Shown piece after piece: positions 57,117 through 64,000 of a stretch of 64,000 nt of DNA. Origin of the DNA: Alkalispirochaeta sp. GTDB lineage: Bacteria; Spirochaetota; Spirochaetia; DSM-27196; Alkalispirochaetaceae. The stretch is taken from positions 2,944,001-3,008,000 of the forward strand of contig OZ271854.1 in assembly GCA_965601925.1 (NCBI GenBank), given 5' to 3'. A program made the translations under genes and the position numbers. The notes beneath the pieces are model-generated. The model ran no database searches. It was not told where the DNA came from and saw nothing but the letters and a program-made list of their open reading frames with translations. Position 1 is the first letter of the stretch. The number at the start of each line of letters is the position of its first letter.

Positions 57117-59009
57117 ATGAGCCGACCCAGTGCGCCGGCAACGCGGAGAGTGTGTTTCTTGGTCTTCCTCGCCGCAGCGTCATTACTCCCGGGACAACAG
57201 AATTACCAGAAGACCTATCCCTTGCGTTCGCCGGAGTACGAGGCGTTACGCACCCTCTATATCGAACAGGGTATCGCCCTTCCCTTTGCCACCGGGCCCT
57301 TCTCGGAAGCGGAACTCCGTCATGCCATGGACCGTCTCGATACTGCGCGCCTGTCTGAGGCGGGACGTACCACCTTCGACTGGTTGCGCGAACGGTTCGA
57401 GGTCGAGGGGGGCTATCGAGAGGAAGAGGGACGCTTTCGGTTTGAGGCCGGGGCGGAGTTCTCCCTGGAGACGTATCTTCACACGGATTCCGACAATCCG
57501 TATTGGGAGTACCGGTGGGAGGATCGCGAGCCCTTCGCCCGCTTCCCCCTCGAGGCGTGGGTCATGGATCACGGCTACGGGATCATGGATTTCTCATTTA
57601 TGAAGAACATTCCCGATTTCAGTATTTATCCGACCTACCAGAGGAGCGGGCAATACGGCTTTGACGAGAACGGGGATTTCGAGTATTCCACTGACGAGGA
57701 AAACCCGTGGAGCAACCTCCCTACGATTCCGAGCACCATTGACGTGCAGTTCCCGCATCGCGCGTTTATCTCCGTCGGCGGCGAGCGGTGGAACGCCCAA
57801 ATCGGACGCGACATCATCGACTGGGGAAACGGCCGCACCGGTAACTTGTACATATCGGATTACACCGACTGGCACGACGCGCTGCAACTCTCGACCTTCT
57901 GGGATCGCTTCAAGTTTTCTTGGATTTGGGTGAGTCTCGACGGGTCGCTCACCGGTGAAGAGCGCGAGTTCGAGACTCATCTTGTCGGGTGGGATACCGA
58001 TGGCGACGGGAGAGTCGACACCTACACCGACCCCGGCGATCCCGACTTCGTTGATTTGGACCCCACCGTCGCGGATCGACAAATCTATGCGTACGAGGCC
58101 GACGAGGAGCACAAGAATCTCATCGCGCACCGGTTCGAACTGCGACTGTGGAATCGCTTGGGCCTGTCATACACCGAGGGCATCATCTTCGGTCGCGAAC
58201 GGATCGAGTTGCGCCACCTTAACCCGGTCTACCACTACCACAGCTTGTATACCAATACGCAGAACGTCGGGAACTCTCACCGCAGTTTCGAGTTCGATCT
58301 CGCGCTCACCGCGGGCCTCAACCTCTACGGGGCGCTGACCCCCGACCAATGGTCGAGTCCTCTCGAGCCGGGGACGAGCACCCAGGAGGAGCCCAACGCC
58401 GTCGCCTATCTCTTGGGGCTCGATTGGCGACGCCCCCGCGGGCGTGGATATCTTAGCGGCACGCTGGAGCTGGTTTATATCACGCCGTGGATGTATATCC
58501 ACAATAGCCCGCTCACCAGCATCACCAACCGACGTTACGTCATGGCGGAACACGGTGACGATCGGACCCAAATCTGGATCGATCGCCCCCTCGGGCACTA
58601 CGGCGGTAACGACTACGCGCTGATCTGGCTCGATCTCTCGTATCACGAGGTCGGGCGCCATCGTTACGGACTCACGACCTACTACGAGGGAGACGGATCG
58701 GTACCGATAAACGCGCTCTTGGAGAGCACCGTGAGCGACGGACTCAGGGACTCCCTCTCGGAGGAGGAGGCGGAACTGACGGCGCCGTCGGACGGCTACG
58801 ACGGGCGAGCCGTGCAATGGCGTACCGCGGCGACCCTCTACGGCGAGGTCTGGCCGCGTCTCTTCGACGGTTTCAACGGCGATCCTGGGGGCCGTACGCT
58901 CCGTGTCGGGTCGCAGTTGTCGGCTCAGTGGATGAAAAATCGTTACAATCGAGTGGGCGACTGGGAGTTTGATGTACAATGGGTCGTCTCTACAACCATC
59001 GGATTTTGA
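57117..59009 (+). CDS. Outer-membrane beta-barrel, Wzi-like
   Basis: Signal peptide, PFSEAEL, QIGRD.IDWG.G..GNL, HRFEL, C-terminal Phe. Confidence 0.7.
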   Translation: MSRPSAPATRRVCFLVFLAAASLLPGQQNYQKTYPLRSPEYEALRTLYIEQGIALPFATGPFSEAELRHAMDRLDTARLSEAGRTTFDWLRERFEVEGGYREEEGRFRFEAGAEFSLETYLHTDSDNPYWEYRWEDREPFARFPLEAWVMDHGYGIMDFSFMKNIPDFSIYPTYQRSGQYGFDENGDFEYSTDEENPWSNLPTIPSTIDVQFPHRAFISVGGERWNAQIGRDIIDWGNGRTGNLYISDYTDWHDALQLSTFWDRFKFSWIWVSLDGSLTGEEREFETHLVGWDTDGDGRVDTYTDPGDPDFVDLDPTVADRQIYAYEADEEHKNLIAHRFELRLWNRLGLSYTEGIIFGRERIELRHLNPVYHYHSLYTNTQNVGNSHRSFEFDLALTAGLNLYGALTPDQWSSPLEPGTSTQEEPNAVAYLLGLDWRRPRGRGYLSGTLELVYITPWMYIHNSPLTSITNRRYVMAEHGDDRTQIWIDRPLGHYGGNDYALIWLDLSYHEVGRHRYGLTTYYEGDGSVPINALLESTVSDGLRDSLSEEEAELTAPSDGYDGRAVQWRTAATLYGEVWPRLFDGFNGDPGGRTLRVGSQLSAQWMKNRYNRVGDWEFDVQWVVSTTIGF

Positions 59010-59077
59010 GAGAAGAGGATTCTCATGAACAGACTTGATCGGGCTTCCGGCGGCACCGTAGAAAGTTCGGTGCGACG

Positions 59078-60277
59078 ATGAAAATAGCGATCGTATTCGA
59101 GATTTTCTATCCCACCGTCAACGGCATTATCACCTCGTCGGTCAATCTGGCCGAGAATCTCATCGATCGAGGGCACGAGGTGATCTTTATCGCACCTCGT
59201 TGGGAGGCATTTCGGGAACCGCTTATCAACGGCCGGATTCCCGTACGGTATATCCAGAGCCAAGACAACTGGGCCTATCCCGGTATGCGTAACGTCCTAC
59301 CGTGGAATCGTACCGTGGAGGTCATACTGCGTCGCGAAAAGGTAGATGCCATTCACATTACCGGCCCGTGGCTCATTACGTGGGCCTCGATCAGGGCGGC
59401 GAGGCGATTGGGCCTACCGGTGATTCATACCTTTCACACGATGCTCCACGAGCCGAGTTACATCATCTATATGTTTCGCGTGCGCTTGCTGGTGCCGGTC
59501 ATTCAGGCGCTTGCGTGGGGGTACTACTCCCTGTTCGTCAAGCGAAGTACGATCAATACCGGTCCCAGCAGAATGGCGTGTCGCCAGATGCTGCATCACT
59601 TTCCCGACGTCGATATGCGTTTCGTCTCCAACGGCGTCGACGTTGGCCGCTTCGATACGCACGCGACGCGCGAGATGCTGCGCCGTACCTATCCCCGGCA
59701 CAACGATCGCACCTTTATCTTCGTGGGGCGTCTCGGCCAGGAGAAGTCCGTCGACGAGCTCATCGACGCCATGGCGGTGGTGGCCGAACGCCGGGCGGAT
59801 GCGCAGCTCTTTATCGTCGGTGACGGTCCGTCGGCGCGACGCTATCAAGCTCAGGTGCACCGCCTCGGCCTGGAAAAGCACGTCTTTCTCCTGGGCCGTA
59901 TCGCCCACGCGGAGCTGATCGCGAGCGGTCTGATTCACCACGCCCTCGCGTTCGTGACCGCGAGCACCACCGAGAATCAGCCGATGACGGTGATCGAGGC
60001 GGTCTGTTGCAACGTCCCGGTCATCGTGCCGGACGTGCCCGGTATCACCGAGTTGGTAGAGGAGAACGGGGTGCGATTCGAGGCCCACAGCGTAGAGGCG
60101 TTGGCCGATGCGATGGTTCGGCTCATAGACGATGAGGAGCTCCGAGCGCGCTGCATCGAGGCGAGCGAAGGTATGAAGAATCGGTTCGACGGGCGAAACG
60201 TCGCCGGACAGTTCGAGTCGATCTACCGCGACGCCCTCGAGAGTACCTCGTCACGCCACACCGCCGGGCACGGATGA
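59078..60277 (+). CDS. GT4 glycosyltransferase (diacylglycerol glucosyltransferase-like)
   Basis: FYPTVNG, HTFHT, SNGVD, FVGRL..EK, STTENQPMTVIEA. Confidence 0.9.
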   Translation: MKIAIVFEIFYPTVNGIITSSVNLAENLIDRGHEVIFIAPRWEAFREPLINGRIPVRYIQSQDNWAYPGMRNVLPWNRTVEVILRREKVDAIHITGPWLITWASIRAARRLGLPVIHTFHTMLHEPSYIIYMFRVRLLVPVIQALAWGYYSLFVKRSTINTGPSRMACRQMLHHFPDVDMRFVSNGVDVGRFDTHATREMLRRTYPRHNDRTFIFVGRLGQEKSVDELIDAMAVVAERRADAQLFIVGDGPSARRYQAQVHRLGLEKHVFLLGRIAHAELIASGLIHHALAFVTASTTENQPMTVIEAVCCNVPVIVPDVPGITELVEENGVRFEAHSVEALADAMVRLIDDEELRARCIEASEGMKNRFDGRNVAGQFESIYRDALESTSSRHTAGHG

Positions 60278-60391
60278 CGCATAACCCGGCCATAGCGCTC
60301 TTGCACAACGCTTCGCGGCTCGCCTACACTACCTGCAGTTGGCCTTCCCGTGTGACACCATCAGTGCTGTAGAGACAAGGAGTCTTCGAGC

Positions 60392-63300
60392 GTGTCTCAA
60401 TCGTATTATCTCGGAATCGACATTGGTTCTACGACGGTAAAAATCGCGTTGGTCGACCCCTCCGACCACCGTGTCATATATCATCGGTATCTTCGCCACG
60501 GCGCGCGTCAACGGCAAACCGTCGTTCGCCTCCTGGAGGAGTTGGACGGCGCCATGCCGGACGCGCAGATTCGCCCGTGCTTTACCGGGAGCGGCGCCCG
60601 CACAATCTCTCAAGGGATCGACCTCGGATATATCCAAGAGGTCGTCGCCAACAGCCTCGCGGTGCGGCGGTTTCATCCCGACGCTCGCGTCGCGATCGAA
60701 CTCGGCGGACAAGATGCCAAGGTCATCTTCTTCCACCCCGACCCGGCGACCGGAGAGCTTCGGGCCTCCGACATGCGGATGAACGGAAGTTGCGCCGGCG
60801 GAACGGGGTCGTTTATCGACGAGGTCGCCAAGTTACTGCAGACGCCGGTCGAACAGTTCGACGACTTGGCGGCGCGAGGGGAGCGACTCCACCAGATTTC
60901 CGGCCGTTGCGGCGTGTTTGCCAAGACGGATATCCAGCCGCTACTCAATCAGGGGGTCGATCGCAGTGAGTTGGCGCTATCGACCTTCCACGCCGTGGCG
61001 CGACAGACGATCGGCGGGTTGGCCCAGGGCCTGCGTATCGAGCCGCCGGTTATCTTTCAAGGCGGGCCGCTGACGTTCAACCACACCTTGGTATCGGTCT
61101 TTGCGGAGCGGTTGGGGCTGGAAAAGCATCAGATCATCCGGCCCGATCGACCCGAGATTTTCGTGGCCCACGGTGCGGCGATGTCGATTCCGTTGATCTT
61201 TCCCGACACACCTACGATGAGTGTCGAGGAGTTGACGCGTCGCATTGAGCGTTCCGCGCGCGGTACTACCGACCCTCACGCCCCGGAGGAGGCCGGGGGA
61301 CGGGAGACGACGGATCGTCTCGATGCAGCGATGTTTTTCGCCGACGCCACCGAACGGGAGGAGTTTGCCGCCCGTCATCGCCGTGCGCACTACGAGCGTG
61401 CGACGTACGCTCCCGGCACCCGCGTTCCCATCTACATCGGGATCGATGCCGGTTCGACCACGACCAAGATGGTCCTTCTCGATGAGCGCGGCGACCTCTT
61501 GGACTCCGCCTACGCCCACAACGAAGGCGACCCGTTGCGTACCGGTGCGCGCCTGTTGGGCGATCTGTTGGAGCGGTACGAGGCCGAAGGGGTCGAGATG
61601 CCGATTCTCGGACTGGGAACGACCGGTTACGGGGAGCGACTCTTTGCCGCCGCCTTCAAGGCCGACTACCACACCGTCGAGACGGTCGCCCACGCCCACG
61701 CCGCACTCCGGGTCGAGCCCGCCGCGAGCTTCGTCCTCGACATCGGCGGTCAGGACATGAAGGCGATTACCGTAACCGACGGTATCGTAACCGCCATCAG
61801 CCTCAATGAGGCGTGCTCCGCCGGGTGCGGATCGTTTCTGGAGAACTTTGCCGCCACCCTTCACGTTCCGGTCGAGGATATCGCCGAGATGGCCTTTGCC
61901 GCGACCTCTCCGAGTCGCCTCGGATCGCGCTGCACCGTCTTTATGAACTCCTCCATTATCACCGAGCAGAAAAACGGCAAGAGCCGCGAGGACATACTCG
62001 CGGGGCTGTGCCGTTCGATCGTGGAGAACGTCTTCACTAAGGTAGTGCGAGTTCCCAACTTCTCGGCGCTTGGCGATACGGTCGTCGTACAGGGCGGCAC
62101 GTTCGAGAACGACGCCGTATTGCGAGCGCTGGAACAGTACACCGACCGGCGGGTCGTCCGCGCGCCCTTTCCCGGGCTGATGGGTGCGATCGGCGTGGGG
62201 CTGCTCACTCGGGACGCCGTAGCGGCTCGACACGACGGGGATGAAACGCCGACGAGCGCCTTTGCCGGTCTCTCGGCCTTGCGCTCCTTCGACTTCGAAC
62301 AGGAGAGCGGGCTGGTATGTCCCTTTTGTGCCAATGCGTGCAATCGTACCGCCGTCCACTTCGCCGACGGGAGCCATTTCGTCACCGGCAATCGGTGTGA
62401 GCGGGGAGAGATTCTGCAACCGCCGGACGCCGAGGCGGGGCGCGAGCGGCTGCGTGCAATCGGACGGCGGCGCGGTGCGGTGCCCAACCTCATGGAAGAG
62501 CGCGCGTCACTCCTCAATGCCCGTCCCAGCGTCGAGACGTTACGAGAGAACGAAACGCGCACGATAGGGATTCCCCGGGCCCTGGAGTTTTGGCACAGCC
62601 TTCCGTTCTGGCGAGCCTTCTGGACCGCGCTGGGATTCAAGGTTGCGGTATCGGCCGAGAGCAGCCGAGAGCTTTTTGAGCGCGGCCTTCCCTCCGTGCC
62701 CTCCGATACGGTCTGTTTTCCCGCCAAACTGAGCCACGGACACCTTCTCGACCTGCTCGATCGCGGCGTGGACCGGATCTTCATGCCGATGATCAACCGG
62801 ATGCCGCCGGAAAACGGCTCGACGACGAGCAACCATGTGTGCGCGGTCGTCAAGGGGTATCCGATGGTGCTCGAGGTGAGCGACGAACCGACGACCCGGC
62901 ACGGCGTGCCCTTCGATCGTCCTATGTTCCACTGGCTCGACGCACGGTCGAGAAAACGGCAGATCGAGCGCTGGGTGCACGGCGAGTTCGGTATCGAATC
63001 GGCCACCGTGCGCCGCGCCATAGCGATCGGTGACGACGCCCAACGCCGTTTCGAAGAAGCGCTGCGTCGCCGCGGCGCCGAAGTACTGGCCGAGCTGGAC
63101 GGAACCGACCGATTCGCGGTGGTCATCGCCGGGAGACCGTACCATAGCGACCGACTCGTCAACCACGATCTCGCCTCGTTTTTCGTCGAGCAGGACATAC
63201 CGGTACTCACCGTCGACAGCCTTCCCGGGCTCAACGACTCCGACCTCGGCGCCACCCGCGCCGAGTTGACGATCAACTTTCACGTACGGATGTACGGCGC

Positions 63301-64000
63301 CGCGGTTCAGACCTCGGCGCACCCGAACCTGGAGCTGGTCCAAGTGGTCAGCTTCGGCTGCGGCCACGACGCGGTGATCTCCGACGAGGTGGTGCGACTC
63401 ATGGAGGAGAGCTCCTCCAAGACGCCGCTGACCCTCAAGCTCGACGAGACCGATGTGCAGGGGCCGCTCGCGATTCGCATCCGTTCCTTCATCGAGACGG
63501 TGAGAAGCCGACGCGAACGGATCGCGCGGGCTCGAGACGCCGAGGACGGGCCGGTGGACGGCGGGTTCGCGTATGGAATCGAACGCTACGAACCGGCCGA
63601 CCCCTTTCCGGTGAAGTATCGCAAGGAACACCGCAAGGAGAAGGTCATCCTCGCACCGAACGTGAGCCGCTCCTTCGCACAGGTCATCACGGCGGCGATC
63701 CGGGCGGAGGGGTACCGCATCGAACCGTTGCCGATGGCCGATCGGCGTGCGATAGAGCTCGGCAAGCGTTACGTTCACAACGACATGTGCTTTCCCGCCC
63801 AGGTGAACGTCGGTGAGACGCTGCGAGCGCTGGAGTTGGGCGTCGTCGATCCCGATATCGCCGTCTGCGGGCTCGCGAAGAGCCAGTGCGACTGTAGACT
63901 TGCACACTATGCGAGCCTCGCGCGCCGCGCCCTCGACGACGCGGGCTATCGGCAGGTACCGATCATTACCACCGATCAGGACACCAAAAACATGCATCCC
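60392..64000 (+). CDS. Acyl-CoA dehydratase activase-related multidomain protein (two BcrAD/BadFG domains plus DUF2229); 3' end outside window, not in the ORF track
   Basis: GTG start after AGGAG: MSQSYYLGIDIGSTTVK; ELGGQDAK, MNGSCAGGTG, GRCGVF; second GIDAGSTTTK/DIGGQDMK/CSAGCG; GNRCERG, CFPAKL, SFGCGHD. Last codons are in the same frame. Confidence 0.92.
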   Translation, partial: MSQSYYLGIDIGSTTVKIALVDPSDHRVIYHRYLRHGARQRQTVVRLLEELDGAMPDAQIRPCFTGSGARTISQGIDLGYIQEVVANSLAVRRFHPDARVAIELGGQDAKVIFFHPDPATGELRASDMRMNGSCAGGTGSFIDEVAKLLQTPVEQFDDLAARGERLHQISGRCGVFAKTDIQPLLNQGVDRSELALSTFHAVARQTIGGLAQGLRIEPPVIFQGGPLTFNHTLVSVFAERLGLEKHQIIRPDRPEIFVAHGAAMSIPLIFPDTPTMSVEELTRRIERSARGTTDPHAPEEAGGRETTDRLDAAMFFADATEREEFAARHRRAHYERATYAPGTRVPIYIGIDAGSTTTKMVLLDERGDLLDSAYAHNEGDPLRTGARLLGDLLERYEAEGVEMPILGLGTTGYGERLFAAAFKADYHTVETVAHAHAALRVEPAASFVLDIGGQDMKAITVTDGIVTAISLNEACSAGCGSFLENFAATLHVPVEDIAEMAFAATSPSRLGSRCTVFMNSSIITEQKNGKSREDILAGLCRSIVENVFTKVVRVPNFSALGDTVVVQGGTFENDAVLRALEQYTDRRVVRAPFPGLMGAIGVGLLTRDAVAARHDGDETPTSAFAGLSALRSFDFEQESGLVCPFCANACNRTAVHFADGSHFVTGNRCERGEILQPPDAEAGRERLRAIGRRRGAVPNLMEERASLLNARPSVETLRENETRTIGIPRALEFWHSLPFWRAFWTALGFKVAVSAESSRELFERGLPSVPSDTVCFPAKLSHGHLLDLLDRGVDRIFMPMINRMPPENGSTTSNHVCAVVKGYPMVLEVSDEPTTRHGVPFDRPMFHWLDARSRKRQIERWVHGEFGIESATVRRAIAIGDDAQRRFEEALRRRGAEVLAELDGTDRFAVVIAGRPYHSDRLVNHDLASFFVEQDIPVLTVDSLPGLNDSDLGATRAELTINFHVRMYGAAVQTSAHPNLELVQVVSFGCGHDAVISDEVVRLMEESSSKTPLTLKLDETDVQGPLAIRIRSFIETVRSRRERIARARDAEDGPVDGGFAYGIERYEPADPFPVKYRKEHRKEKVILAPNVSRSFAQVITAAIRAEGYRIEPLPMADRRAIELGKRYVHNDMCFPAQVNVGETLRALELGVVDPDIAVCGLAKSQCDCRLAHYASLARRALDDAGYRQVPIITTDQDTKNMHP

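Noticed and set aside
1..64000. CRISPR array, tRNA/rRNA, IS/transposase, integrase or phage genes
   Set aside because: No regularly spaced repeats, RNA gene signatures or mobile-element motifs seen by eye. A very short or degenerate element could be missed.

Overview
GC-rich, gene-dense bacterial chromosomal segment, probably from a free-living Spirochaetaceae-like organism. That assignment is an inference from the 'AGG..E/D' solute-binding-protein leaders and the gene content. I saw no rRNA, tRNA, CRISPR array, IS or phage. Layout: (i) 1-5.8 kb signalling island with a lower-GC operon (184-aa helical hypothetical protein, then two tandem paralogous membrane sensors, one a complete HisKA_2 kinase) divergent from an alpha/beta-hydrolase-GGDEF/EAL pair; (ii) 6-24 kb accessory and stress genes, including both sulfatase-maturation systems (FGE and radical-SAM anSME), a TauE exporter, an ankyrin gene with a structured 5' leader, and MarR, MocR, HxlR and Crp regulators; (iii) 24-53 kb carbohydrate-utilisation region (MggS-like GT4, GH63-like, two sugar ABC transporters, three GntR-LacI hybrid regulators, sulfatase, FAD oxidoreductase, an uncharacterised enzyme-X25-like fusion, GH38, ROK, GH3); (iv) vapBC, a HAD pseudogene, a CoA-disulfide reductase-rhodanese-TusA-DsrE fusion, a Wzi-like barrel, a GT4, and a long acyl-CoA dehydratase activase ORF running off the right end. 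Best candidates for undescribed systems: the hypothetical-protein/tandem-sensor operon (possible signal synthase plus receptors) and the ankyrin-gene leader RNA. All product calls come from motif recognition by eye, not database searches.
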